Below, piece by piece: positions 35,066 through 44,758 of a DNA stretch of 64,000 nt. The stretch's first letter is position 1, and each line of letters starts with the position of its first letter. Source of the stretch: Longimicrobiales bacterium (GTDB lineage: Bacteria; Gemmatimonadota; Gemmatimonadetes; Longimicrobiales; Gaopeijiaceae); contig OZ242008.1 of the NCBI GenBank assembly GCA_965204735.1, positions 1,600,001 to 1,664,000 on the forward strand, written 5' to 3'. A program made the translations under genes and the position numbers. The notes beneath the pieces are model-generated. The model saw only the letters and a program-made list of their open reading frames with translations. It did no database searches and was not told the origin of the DNA.

Positions 35066-35980
35066 ATGACCGCGCCCGCCCCTCTCGACATCGCCCTGAT
35101 CTCGGTGTCCATCGACTTGGGCGCCGGTCGCCGGGGCGTGGACATGGGGCCGTCGGCGTTGCGGATCGCGGGAATCGCCGAAGCCTTGGAGGCCGTGGGC
35201 CACCGGGTTCACGAAGGCGGGCTGGTCGCGGCCGGGGGACTGGAGACGAGCGACCCCGGAGACGCCGCCCTGCGGTTTCTGGAAGAAGTGGCCCGGGTGG
35301 CCGGGCGGACCCGCTTTCTGGTGTCGCGGGCGCTGGAGCACGGCTGGCTCCCCCTGGTGCTGGGGGGCGACCACTCCCTCTCCATCGGCTCGATCGCCGC
35401 CGTCGCGGACCACTTTCGCGAGCGGCGAAAGCCCCTGGGCGCGATCTGGGTGGACGCCCACACCGACATGAACCTGCCCGAGACCACGCCCAGCGGGAAC
35501 ATCCACGGCATGCCGCTGGCGGTCCTCATGGGCCGGGGCGCGGGAAGGCTGACGGGACCGGTGCCGAGCCTCCGCCCCGAGCACGTGTGCGTGCTGGGCG
35601 CGCGGGAAGTGGACCCGGGCGAGAAGGCGCTGATCTCGGAGATGGGGGTCCGCGTCTTCACGATGTCGGAGATCGACGCCCGGGGCGTGGGGCAGTGCAT
35701 GGAGGAAGCCCTGGAGCGAGCGACCGACGGCACCGCCGGCTTCCACCTCTCCTTCGACGTGGACTCGCTGGACCCGCGCTTCGCGCCGGGCGTGGGGACG
35801 CCGGTTCCGGGCGGCCTCACCAACCGGGAAGCCCACTTGGTGTGCGAGACGGCGGCCCGATCCGGGGGCGTGGTCGCAATGGACCTGGTCGAGCTCAACC
35901 CGGTGCTGGACAGCCGCAACGACACTGCGGCCCTGGCCGTCGGCTTGGCGGCTTCGGCCCTGGGCAAGACGATCCTCTAA
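35066..35980 (+). CDS. rocF: Arginase
   Basis: GVDMGPSALR, GGDHS, DAHTD, SGNIHGMP, SFDVDSLDP, GTPVPGG, VELNP. Confidence 0.96.
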   Translation: MTAPAPLDIALISVSIDLGAGRRGVDMGPSALRIAGIAEALEAVGHRVHEGGLVAAGGLETSDPGDAALRFLEEVARVAGRTRFLVSRALEHGWLPLVLGGDHSLSIGSIAAVADHFRERRKPLGAIWVDAHTDMNLPETTPSGNIHGMPLAVLMGRGAGRLTGPVPSLRPEHVCVLGAREVDPGEKALISEMGVRVFTMSEIDARGVGQCMEEALERATDGTAGFHLSFDVDSLDPRFAPGVGTPVPGGLTNREAHLVCETAARSGGVVAMDLVELNPVLDSRNDTAALAVGLAASALGKTIL

Positions 35981-35999
35981 CGCGGCGCCGACGAGCCTC

Positions 36000-38057
36000 G
36001 TGATCTCCGCCAACGGCCTCGCCAAGTCCTTCGGGGGACGCGTCCTCTTCGCCGGCGCCTCGTTCCGGCTGAACCCGGGCGAGCGCTACGGCCTGGTGGG
36101 CGCCAACGGCTCCGGAAAGACCACGCTCCTGCGCATCCTCGCAGGCGATGCGACGGCCAGCGCCGGAGAGGTGTCGGTCCCGAAGCGGGTTCGTCTGGGA
36201 GTGCTGCGCCAGGACCAGTTCCTCCACCGCGACGAGCCGATCCTGCAAGTCGCGCTCATGGGCAACCGCGAGCTGTGGGAAGCCATGGAGGAGAAGGAGA
36301 AGCTCCTGGCGGCTGCCGAGGGGATCGGCGTGGAGGGCGCGAAGGGGGCCGGGGCGGCCGCCGGCGCCGACGAGGCCGCCGGGGAGTTCGACGCCGAGCG
36401 CTTCTCGGTGCTGGAGGAGATCGTCCAGAGCCACGACGGCTACGCGGCCGAGTCCAGGGCGGGAGCGATCCTGGAAGGCCTGGGGATTCCGGCCTCGATC
36501 CACCGGGACCCCCTCTCCACCCTTTCCGGCGGCTTCCGGCTGCGGGTCCTCTTGGCGCAGGTGCTGGCCGGCGCTCCCGACGCCCTCCTCCTCGACGAGC
36601 CCACGAACCACCTGGACATCCTGTCGATCCGCTGGCTGGAGAAGTTCCTGCGGGAGTTCCCGGGCCCGATGGTGCTGGTCAGCCACGACCACCGGTTCCT
36701 GGACAACGTGGTCACGCACATTCTGGACGTGGACTACGAGACGGTGCTGTACTATCCAGGAGGCTTCGAGGAGTTCCGCGCGGCCAAGGCCGAGGAGCGG
36801 GGGCGGCGGGAGAAGGAGATCGCCACCCGGGAGCGGGAGATCGCCCACCACCAGAAGTTCGTGGACCGCTTCCGGGCCAAGGCGACCAAGGCCCGTCAGG
36901 CCCAGAGCCGGGTCCGCCTCATCGAGAAGAAGGCCGACGCCCTGGTGGAGCTTCCCCGCAGCTCCCGCCGCTGGCCCACGTTCCGCTTCGAGCAGGCGCG
37001 TCCCAGCGGCAAGGAAGTGGTGCGCGTGACCGGCGTCTCCAAGTCCTACGGCGACAACCAAGTCCTGGACGGGGTGGAGCTGGAGGTCGTCCGCGGCGAC
37101 CGGCTGGCGGTGATGGGACCCAACGGGATCGGCAAGTCCACCCTGCTCAAGATCATGACGGGGCGGCTGGAAGCCGACGCCGGCTCCGTCGAATGGGGGT
37201 ACGAGACGAGACCCGGCTACTTCGCCCAGGACCAAGAGGACCACTTCCGCTCCCTGCGCCGACGCGCCGAGGCGTGGGTCGGCGACTTCTGCGACGGTCG
37301 GGACAGGGGCTACGTCCGGGGCATGATGGGAAGGATGCTCTTCTCGGGAGACGACGCGGAGAAGCCCCTGAAGGCGCTCTCGGGCGGCGAGGCGGCGCGC
37401 CTGGTCTTCTGCAGCCTCATGATCCAGGCGCCCAACGTGCTGGTGCTCGACGAGCCCACCAACCACCTGGACATGGAGTCGATCGAGGCGCTGGTGGACG
37501 GGCTTGGGGCGTACGAGGGGACGCTGGTCTTCGTCTCCCACGACCGCTGGTTCGTCAGCCGCCTGGCGAACCGGATCGTGGAGATCACGCCCGAGGGCGT
37601 CCGGGAGTACCGCGGCAGCTACGACGAGTACGTCCACTTCTGCGGCGACGACCACCTGGACGTGGACCGGGTGGTGCTGAAGGCGAAGGCGAAGACGAGG
37701 GCGGCGCGGCGGAAGGACGGCGCTCCGCGCTCCGGCGTCCGATCCAAGAAGGGGCGCCGTGGGCCGCCCAGCCCCAAGAGGGCGCGCCCCACGTCGCCCG
37801 GCCCCAGCCGGCGCTCCTCCAGGGACGGCAGGTCGCGGGAGCTCCGACGCCGAAACCTGATCAAGCGCATCGAGGAGCTGGAGGCGAGGCTGCTCGCCAC
37901 CGACCGCAGGCTGGCCGATCCGGAGACGTACGCGAACCCCGCCGACGGCAAGGCGAAGGAGCTGGTGGAGCAGCGCGAAATCGACACGGTCGAAGTCGAG
38001 CGGCTCATGGCCGACTGGGAGGAGCTGGAGGCCGAAATCGAGGAAGGGAACCGATGA
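36000..38057 (+). CDS. ABC-F family ATP-binding protein
   Basis: Two ABC domains (GANGSGKT/LSGG/DEPTNHLD and GPNGIGKS/LSGGE/DEPTNHLD), no TM segments, C-terminal coiled coil. Confidence 0.95.
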   Translation: MISANGLAKSFGGRVLFAGASFRLNPGERYGLVGANGSGKTTLLRILAGDATASAGEVSVPKRVRLGVLRQDQFLHRDEPILQVALMGNRELWEAMEEKEKLLAAAEGIGVEGAKGAGAAAGADEAAGEFDAERFSVLEEIVQSHDGYAAESRAGAILEGLGIPASIHRDPLSTLSGGFRLRVLLAQVLAGAPDALLLDEPTNHLDILSIRWLEKFLREFPGPMVLVSHDHRFLDNVVTHILDVDYETVLYYPGGFEEFRAAKAEERGRREKEIATREREIAHHQKFVDRFRAKATKARQAQSRVRLIEKKADALVELPRSSRRWPTFRFEQARPSGKEVVRVTGVSKSYGDNQVLDGVELEVVRGDRLAVMGPNGIGKSTLLKIMTGRLEADAGSVEWGYETRPGYFAQDQEDHFRSLRRRAEAWVGDFCDGRDRGYVRGMMGRMLFSGDDAEKPLKALSGGEAARLVFCSLMIQAPNVLVLDEPTNHLDMESIEALVDGLGAYEGTLVFVSHDRWFVSRLANRIVEITPEGVREYRGSYDEYVHFCGDDHLDVDRVVLKAKAKTRAARRKDGAPRSGVRSKKGRRGPPSPKRARPTSPGPSRRSSRDGRSRELRRRNLIKRIEELEARLLATDRRLADPETYANPADGKAKELVEQREIDTVEVERLMADWEELEAEIEEGNR

Positions 38058-38155
38058 ACCTCCGCGGTGTACCGGTACGTGCGACCCTGCCAAGCGGGCA
38101 GGGCTCGCCCTTCGCCAAATGCTCGACACGAGGAGACAAGGGGAAGACCTAGGCC

Positions 38156-39310
38156 ATGAAGACAAGACGACACGTCAGTTGGGGGCGCTGCCTGGGGACG
38201 CTCGTGGCGGCCGCGGGCTGGCTTGCGCCGGCCGCGTCGGCCCATGCGGGCCAGGAGATCGAGTGGAAGCTGGCCGAGTCCCCCGCGTTCGAGGTCGGCC
38301 GAGACGGCTCCATGTGGCTCAGCCGAGTCGAGGACGCAGTCTTCACTCCCGACGGAAGCCTGGTGATCGCGGATTCCGGCAACCGGCGCATGCTGCGGTT
38401 GTCGCCCAGCGGGGAAGCGACCGATTCGCTCGGTCGGGAAGGCCAAGGGCCGGGGGAGTTCCAGTGGATATACAGACTCTACTCGTCCGGCGACACAGTC
38501 TTCGCCTACGATACTGGCGTTCAACGAGTCACGGCATGGGTCCCTGGGCAAGATCCCGAAGTCGTGCGCATGCCCACGGTGAACGGCCACGCCACGATCC
38601 TTCACGGCGTCGCCTCGCCCGACTCCTGGCTCGTATCGACGAACGAGAGCGCCGGCGAGGGCCGTACCGGCCTGCGAGAAAAGTGGACTGAGCTGCTGGC
38701 GTTCGACCCGACTTCGCGGGCGACCAGGAGCCTGGGCCGCCGGCAGATAGGCTACCAGTACTTCTTTGCCCAGCAGCACGGCTCCACCACCTACCGAACC
38801 CAGTACCTCGGCGAGGCCCAGCTGGCCGCGTCGCGCGGTCGATGGTTCTTCGTGCCGCTGCACGGGCCTGGCATGGAGGTCGGCGACGTGTCGGGCGGAG
38901 ATTCGAGGGAAGCGACCTTGCCCGTCGAGCCCCATTCCTACCGGCAAGATGGGTTCAGGGCGAGCTGGGAGCCGCTCCTGTCGAGCGCCACCGGCTCGTC
39001 GAGGTCGCGCATCCGCGCCGTGTTCGCGGACCTGCGGGGGAAGCTGCCCAGGCGCGACGCCCCACTGGCGCGGAACGTGCTCGTGGTCGGCGAGGACGTG
39101 TGGCTCGAGAGGTACGCTCCCGAGGCCGCCCACGGACGCGCCGAGGAGCCGGAGTGGGTCGTCGTGAGTCCGAAGGACGGCGCCCTGCGCGCCACCCTCA
39201 AGCTCGGCCGAGGCATGGAGCTCCTGGCCGCCAACGCCGATCTTGCCGCGGTGCTGACGACGACGGAGCTTGGCGAGGAGATCGTTCAGGTGCGGAGAGT
39301 GCTTCGGTGA
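38156..39310 (+). CDS. Secreted 6-bladed beta-propeller (NHL-like) hypothetical protein
   Basis: Signal peptide, LVIADSGNRR, LGREGQGPGEF. Confidence 0.75.
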   Translation: MKTRRHVSWGRCLGTLVAAAGWLAPAASAHAGQEIEWKLAESPAFEVGRDGSMWLSRVEDAVFTPDGSLVIADSGNRRMLRLSPSGEATDSLGREGQGPGEFQWIYRLYSSGDTVFAYDTGVQRVTAWVPGQDPEVVRMPTVNGHATILHGVASPDSWLVSTNESAGEGRTGLREKWTELLAFDPTSRATRSLGRRQIGYQYFFAQQHGSTTYRTQYLGEAQLAASRGRWFFVPLHGPGMEVGDVSGGDSREATLPVEPHSYRQDGFRASWEPLLSSATGSSRSRIRAVFADLRGKLPRRDAPLARNVLVVGEDVWLERYAPEAAHGRAEEPEWVVVSPKDGALRATLKLGRGMELLAANADLAAVLTTTELGEEIVQVRRVLR

Positions 39311-39318
39311 GGAGGCGC

Positions 39319-40329
39319 ATGGGTGGCGACGCGGCGGGACGGACAGACGGCTTGACGAAACGGCGCGACGCCGGAAGGATGGCGTCGTGGGCGGCCTGGG
39401 TCGTGGCGCCGGCCCTTGCCGCCGCCGCCTGCGAGGGGGCGTGGCCCGAACCGCCTGCGCTCGAGCCGGCGGCCTTCACGGCCGAGCACGAGGAGTGGCG
39501 GCTGGAGCGGCAGGCGAGCTTGGTGGACCCGTCGGGGAGGGGCGCAGTCCTGTGGAGCGGCCTCTGGGAGCTCCCCGAGGGGGTCGTCTACTTCGGCGCC
39601 GACTCTTCCCTGCAGATCGTGCTGCCGGCCGAGGACTCGCCCCCCGTGGCAGGGGCGTTGCGTCGCACTGGACGGCGCGTGGTGCTCGAGCCGGCGGACG
39701 GGGTCGACCTGCGCTTTCGCGACGGCGAGGCCGGCGGCGAGCTGGTGGCGGGCCCCACCACGCTGGAGAACGACCGCTCCGACAGCGTCACCGTCCTCTT
39801 GCTGGGCTCGCTGGGGCTGCGCGTGCACGCGGAGCGGGGAACGCCCCGGCTCTGGTTGCGGGCGTGGGACCGGGACTCGCCCAAGCGCGACTCCTTTCGC
39901 CTGCCGCCGTACTACCCGGTGAGCGGCGAGTGGCGCTTCGCGGCCCGCATGGACTCCTACCCCGAGCCCAGGACGTTCGAGCTGGCGGACGTGACCGACG
40001 GGACCGTGGAGAACGTGTCGCCTGGAGAGCTGGTCTTCCGCACGGACGGGCAGGAGAGGCGCTTGGTCGCGTTCGCCACCGAGAGCAGCAGCAACTACTT
40101 CGTCATGCTGTGGGACTCGACGGCGACCACCGAGACCTACCAGGCCGGACGCTACATGCGGGTGCCGTTTCCGGGCGAGGACGGCTGGACGGTGATCGAC
40201 TTCAACCGGGCCTACAACCCGCCGTGCGTCTTCACGCCGTACTCGGTGTGCAGTCTTCCGCCCCGAGAAAGCAGGCTGGCGACGGCCGTGAGCGCGGGGG
40301 AGAAGCGGCCGGAAGCCGCCCCCTACTGA
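39319..40329 (+). CDS. DUF1684 family lipoprotein
   Basis: GAGGAGG RBS, LAAAAC lipobox-like segment, ETYQAGRYM, IDFNRAYNPPCVFTPYSVCSLPP, AGEK. Confidence 0.88.
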   Translation: MGGDAAGRTDGLTKRRDAGRMASWAAWVVAPALAAAACEGAWPEPPALEPAAFTAEHEEWRLERQASLVDPSGRGAVLWSGLWELPEGVVYFGADSSLQIVLPAEDSPPVAGALRRTGRRVVLEPADGVDLRFRDGEAGGELVAGPTTLENDRSDSVTVLLLGSLGLRVHAERGTPRLWLRAWDRDSPKRDSFRLPPYYPVSGEWRFAARMDSYPEPRTFELADVTDGTVENVSPGELVFRTDGQERRLVAFATESSSNYFVMLWDSTATTETYQAGRYMRVPFPGEDGWTVIDFNRAYNPPCVFTPYSVCSLPPRESRLATAVSAGEKRPEAAPY

Positions 40330-40575
40330 CCGGCGCGAGGCCCAACTGCTTTAGTGGTAGGTCGCTAAGACGGCCTTGTTCATTGGGACGCACGGGGCCT
40401 CCGGGCCGGTCCAGAAGAGACGAAAAAAAATCTGTCCCATCCAGCCATGGAAATGGCGCATCCTCGGTGAGACACTGAGGACCAGGGCCGGAGACCGTCC
40501 CGGCCAGCTTCGGGGGAACTCCGTCCGCGACGCCTCCGAAGCGCCTCTCGTCTCGGACGCACTGGAGCCGCCGCC

Positions 40576-41646
40576 ATGGACCCTTCCACCAACGAACCGC
40601 CCAATCTCCCCAAGCCGGAACGCCGCCGCCACGACCAGAGCTACAAGCGCCTCTTCAACACGACGGGCGGCGGCGTGGCCCTCGTCCGCGACCTCGCGGC
40701 CATGGGCTGGGCCGACGAGTTCGACCTGCCGGCCGCCGACCCCTTCCCCACCGAGACCGTGGGCCCCGACCTGCGGCGCCGGCTCTGCGACTGCGCGTGG
40801 CGCGTCCGGTTCAAGGACGGTCGATCCGCCGTCTTCCTCTTCGAGTTCCAGTCCTCCGTCGATCCGGGCATGGTCCTCAAGACGCTGCGCTACACCGAGG
40901 CCGCCTACACGGTGCTGCACACGCTCAAGCGCCAGCGCGACCCCGACGGCGCCATGCCCCTCGTGCTCTCGTTCGTCGTCTACACCGGCACGAGGCCATG
41001 GACGGCCGAGACGACGCTGGCCGGGCTGGCCGGCAGGGAGGAGCCATCGCCGGTCGTGGCGCGGGCGGTCGCTGGCTTGGCGACCACTCACGGCTACGGG
41101 CTGCTTGACTTGCGGTCGGCGCTGGCGCAAGGGTTGCTTCCCAGGGAGAGCGTGCTGGGCTGGGTCGCGGCGCTGGAGGAGGACCCGTGGACGAACTTTC
41201 CGGCGGTGCACCAGAGCATGGCGGAGCAGTGGGCCGGCCCGGACTATCTTGCAGAGCGGCAGGCGTTCGCGGACTGGACGGACGAGCGGCTACGTGTGGT
41301 GAGGGTGCCCAAGGAGGTACGTGAGGACATCGTGGAGCAGATCATCCAACCGAAGGAGGAGGAAGAGATGGGCCAGACCTATGCGGAGTGGGCGGAGGGC
41401 CACCGGCAGCGGGGCCTGGAGCAGGGGCTCGAACAGGGGCTCGAACGGGGTCGCGCGGAAGGCCGAGCGGTCTTGCTGCGTCAGGCTTCGCGGCGGTTCG
41501 GGGCCCAGACGGCGCGACGGCTGGAGGCGCGGGTGCGCTCCATGAGCGCCGAGCAGCTGGCGCGGGTCGGGGACGCGGTCGTGGAGTGCGACACTGCCGA
41601 CGACTTCCTGGCCGTGGCCGGCAACAGCGACGCGGAGGGGCCGTAG
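40576..41646 (+). CDS. Rpn/YhgA-like PD-(D/E)xK recombination-promoting nuclease (putative transposase family) with DUF4351-like C-terminus
   Basis: HDQSYKRLF, CDCAWRV, FEFQSSVD, PLVLSFVVYTG..PW, GLEQ repeats, LLRQASRRFG. Confidence 0.88.
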   Translation: MDPSTNEPPNLPKPERRRHDQSYKRLFNTTGGGVALVRDLAAMGWADEFDLPAADPFPTETVGPDLRRRLCDCAWRVRFKDGRSAVFLFEFQSSVDPGMVLKTLRYTEAAYTVLHTLKRQRDPDGAMPLVLSFVVYTGTRPWTAETTLAGLAGREEPSPVVARAVAGLATTHGYGLLDLRSALAQGLLPRESVLGWVAALEEDPWTNFPAVHQSMAEQWAGPDYLAERQAFADWTDERLRVVRVPKEVREDIVEQIIQPKEEEEMGQTYAEWAEGHRQRGLEQGLEQGLERGRAEGRAVLLRQASRRFGAQTARRLEARVRSMSAEQLARVGDAVVECDTADDFLAVAGNSDAEGP

Positions 41647-41672
41647 TGGACGGAAGCGACGCCAAGCCGTCG

Positions 41673-42278
41673 CTAGTTGTTCAGGTAGCGCTCGGGGATC
41701 GGCCCGGCGTCGCCCGCGTCCTGCCAGAAGATCGAGAGGACCCACCAGCGCTCGCCGTCGTTCAGCAGCTGGAATGAGTTGATGCCACGGGTGAAGGGCT
41801 CGGCGTCTTCCTCGGCCCGGTAGGAGGCGTAGCTGCTGAAGCGGTGGGCGATGTTGCCGTAGCTCTCCGAGACGCTGCCGGTCTCCACCTCGAAGAAGCC
41901 CTCGGCGAACCAGTTCCCCTCTTGCGCCATCGAAGCGTAGTCGTGGGGCGATAGCACGTTGACGACCTTGCGGCCGTTCTCGGCGGTTCCCGTGGGCATC
42001 AGCCGCGCGCCGGGGGCGAAGAGGGAGCGGAAGCGGTCCCAATCCCGCTCGGCGCCCGCCGGTCCCGAGATGACCTCGTAGACGGCTGAGACCAGCGCGT
42101 CGGCCGAGGCCACATCCGCAGGGTCGGCCTCCGGCGCGGGGGGCGCCTCGGCGACCTGGGCCGCGGGCTGGGGTGCCGCGTCGTCTCCCGCGCGTTCGGC
42201 CTCCGCGCACGACGACGCCACGACAAAGGCCGCGGCGAGGGCGCACCTTGCCAGGGTCCCAAGGGGCTTCTTCTTCAC
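41673..42278 (-). CDS. Hypothetical lipoprotein, NTF2/SnoaL-like fold
   Basis: GGAG RBS and GTG 42278, VASSC lipobox, YEVISGPAG..RDWDRFRSLF, RGINSFQL, WWVLSIFW. Confidence 0.8.
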   Translation of the reverse strand: MKKKPLGTLARCALAAAFVVASSCAEAERAGDDAAPQPAAQVAEAPPAPEADPADVASADALVSAVYEVISGPAGAERDWDRFRSLFAPGARLMPTGTAENGRKVVNVLSPHDYASMAQEGNWFAEGFFEVETGSVSESYGNIAHRFSSYASYRAEEDAEPFTRGINSFQLLNDGERWWVLSIFWQDAGDAGPIPERYLNN

Positions 42279-42561
42279 GATCGCGTCTCCATTGTTTGAA
42301 GTACGCCCAGTCCTTCGGGCGGTTCTTTCTGCGCGGCAACAGGTTGGGGCCGTCGGGCGGCTCCGCGCAACGCCATCAAGGGTTTCGGCGGCCGGCCCCG
42401 TGGGCCGACGCCGAGGGGACGCGGGGCAGCGGGGCGGCGAAGAGGCGCAGGTTTCAGCGGCTGGCCCACGTCGGCCCGCGCCACCGAGGCGGGTTTGCCG
42501 GCGGGCGAGCCCGTGCTTGGCCGCGAGCCGCCTCGCCGTCCCGCAACGCCTTGCCCAGTTG

Positions 42562-42645
42562 GTCGGCGCCGCGCAAAGCGCACGCCCAAGTCGTCGGCGC
42601 TGCGCAAAGCGCACTTTGAGTTTCCGGCGGCTCGCGCACTATTAT
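42562..42645 (+). promoter_or_regulatory. Two 22-bp direct repeats immediately upstream of a putative sigma70 promoter
   Basis: gtcggcgcYgcgcaaagcgcac at 42562 and 42593; TTGAGT (42616) - 18 bp - TATTAT (42640). Confidence 0.55.
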
Positions 42646-42737
42646 GATCATTTCCTGGACAAGAAGCTCCACCTTGGGCCGGCAGCCGGCGCTCCCGTCC
42701 GGCGAGCGCTGCTCCCACCCCGCATCCGCGCATCGCC

Positions 42738-44504
42738 ATGACGTCAGAAGCCGCCGCCGAGAACGCCGCCGTCCGCTTCGAGCCCAACGAGCGGCCCCCC
42801 AGCACGCTGGCCTTCGGCCTGGGCTTCCAGTTCGTGCTCCTCACGGTGGCGGGGATCGTCCTCACTCCCGCGATCGTCGTGCGTGCTGCCGGCGGAGGCG
42901 AGGAGTACCTCTCCTGGGCGGTCTTCGCGGCGCTCATGATCAGCGGCCTCACCACCGTCCTGCAGGCCGTCCGCGTCGGCCCCCTCGGCTCCGGCTACGT
43001 CCTCCTCATGGGCACGTCCGGCGCCTTCATCGCGGTCTCCGTCACGGCCCTGGCGCAAGGCGGTCCCGGAATGCTGGCCACCCTCGTCTTCGTGTCGGCC
43101 CTCTTCCAGTTCCTCCTCTCGTGGCGCCTGGCCTGGCTCCGGCGGATCATCACCCCCACCGTCGCGGGCACCGTGATCATGCTGATCGCGGTCACGATCA
43201 TGCCTATCCTGTACGACCTCCTTTCCGACGTGCCCCCGGGGACCTCCCGGGCGGCGGCCCCGGCGAGCGCCGCCGCCACGCTGGGAGTCGCGCTGGTCGT
43301 GCTGCTGCGCGGGTCGGGACCTTGGCGCCTTTGGGCGCCCGTGATGGCGATCCTCAGCGGCTGCGTCGTGGCGGGCGGCTTCGGCCTCTACGACATGGGG
43401 CGGGTCGTCGAAGCGGGCTGGTTCGGCCTGCCGGAAGTCGCCTGGCCGGGCTTGGACCTGGACTTCAGTCCCCTGTTCTGGGCCCTCCTGCCGGCGTTCG
43501 TCTTCGTGACCTTGGTGGGCGCGATCGAGACGATTGGGGACTCGGTGGCGATCCAGAAGGTCTCGTGGCGCCGCAAGCGCGCGACGGACTACCGGGCCGT
43601 GCAGGGGGCGGTGGCGGCGGACGGCGTGGGGAACCTCCTGTCGGGGTTGGCGGCCACGGTGCCCAACACGACCTACTCCTCCAGCGTGGCCGTCACCGAA
43701 ATCACCGGAGTCGCCTCGCGGCTGGTGGGCATCTGCGCCGGGCTGATCTTCTTCTCCCTCGCCTTCCTGCCCAAGACCACCGCCCTTCTGCTGGCCGTGC
43801 CCAACCCGGTGATCGGCGCATACGCGATCGTGCTGATCGCCCTCCTCTTCGTGCTGGGCGTGCGGATCGTCGCCCAGGACGGACTGGACTACCGGAAGGC
43901 GACCTTGGTCGGCGTGGCGTTCTGGGTCGGCAGCGGCTTCCAGGCCGGGGCCGTGTTCCCGGACCACCTGGGCGAGTTCTGGAGCGGCCTCTTGGGCAAC
44001 GGCATGACTTCGGGCGGCCTGACCGCTCTTCTCATGACGATCTTCATCGAGATCACGGCCCCTCGCCGCAAGCGCATCCGGACCCGACTGGAGGCCTCGG
44101 CGATGCCCGAGATCCGCACTTTCCTGAACCGGGTCTCCTCCAAGATGGGGTGGAGCCCGGACGCCGCCGACCGCCTCTGCCTGGTTGCCGAGGAGGCGGT
44201 GCAGACCCTTGTGGAGCAGCGTCGGGGAAGGGACGCGGGCGACGGCGCGCGGCTTCTGCTCGTGGCCGGTGCCGACGGCGAGGAGGCCGAGCTGGAGTTC
44301 ATGGCGTCCAGCGGGGAAGGGAACGTGGAGGACCGCATCTCCGTGCTGCGGGAGCGTCCCACCGACGCCCCCGTGGAACAGGAGCTCTCCCTGCGGCTGC
44401 TGCGCCACTTCGCTTCCTCGGTGCGGCACCAGCAGTACCAGGACGCGGACATCTTGACGGTCCGAGTGGGCCTGGGAGCGACGGGGGCGCCCGACGCCGG
44501 TTGA
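42738..44504 (+). CDS. NCS2 (xanthine/uracil/ascorbate) family permease with C-terminal RsbW/HATPase-like domain
   Basis: LAFGLGFQ, TVLQ, MGTSGAF, ITPTVAGTVIMLI, ETIGD, ADG, PNTTYS; soluble tail of about 140 aa. Confidence 0.85.
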   Translation: MTSEAAAENAAVRFEPNERPPSTLAFGLGFQFVLLTVAGIVLTPAIVVRAAGGGEEYLSWAVFAALMISGLTTVLQAVRVGPLGSGYVLLMGTSGAFIAVSVTALAQGGPGMLATLVFVSALFQFLLSWRLAWLRRIITPTVAGTVIMLIAVTIMPILYDLLSDVPPGTSRAAAPASAAATLGVALVVLLRGSGPWRLWAPVMAILSGCVVAGGFGLYDMGRVVEAGWFGLPEVAWPGLDLDFSPLFWALLPAFVFVTLVGAIETIGDSVAIQKVSWRRKRATDYRAVQGAVAADGVGNLLSGLAATVPNTTYSSSVAVTEITGVASRLVGICAGLIFFSLAFLPKTTALLLAVPNPVIGAYAIVLIALLFVLGVRIVAQDGLDYRKATLVGVAFWVGSGFQAGAVFPDHLGEFWSGLLGNGMTSGGLTALLMTIFIEITAPRRKRIRTRLEASAMPEIRTFLNRVSSKMGWSPDAADRLCLVAEEAVQTLVEQRRGRDAGDGARLLLVAGADGEEAELEFMASSGEGNVEDRISVLRERPTDAPVEQELSLRLLRHFASSVRHQQYQDADILTVRVGLGATGAPDAG

Positions 44505-44542
44505 CTCGTCCGGTCGGCCGTGGTAGCCTTCGGCCACGACAA

Positions 44543-44654
44543 CTCATCGAGACCGGCAGAGGGACAGGCCCGAAGAAGCCGGGGCAACCTGTGGAAGGTG
44601 GCTCTTCCACCGATGTGCCAACTCCTGCGGCGGAAGGACCGCCGAAAAGATGAG
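44543..44654 (+). ncRNA. SAM-I (S-box) riboswitch aptamer
   Basis: P1 CTCATC...GATGAG, GAGGGACAGGCCC..GAAGCC..GGCAACC, GTGCCAACTCC; lies upstream of metX. Confidence 0.95.
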
Positions 44655-44758
44655 CGCCCACCCCGCCCGTTCCCTTGGGCGCGGGGCCGATCCGAGAAGC
44701 GGGCGTCGATTCTCCGGGAGTCCGATGGGGACCACTCGAACGACCGGAGGCTCTCCCC

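Noticed and set aside
40423..40430. A8 homopolymer as a phase-variation tract
   Set aside because: It is short and intergenic, and is not clearly inside a promoter spacer or CDS.
40576..41646. Rpn/YhgA-like gene as an active IS element
   Set aside because: No terminal inverted repeats or target-site duplication were seen, and the family is not a demonstrated transposase.
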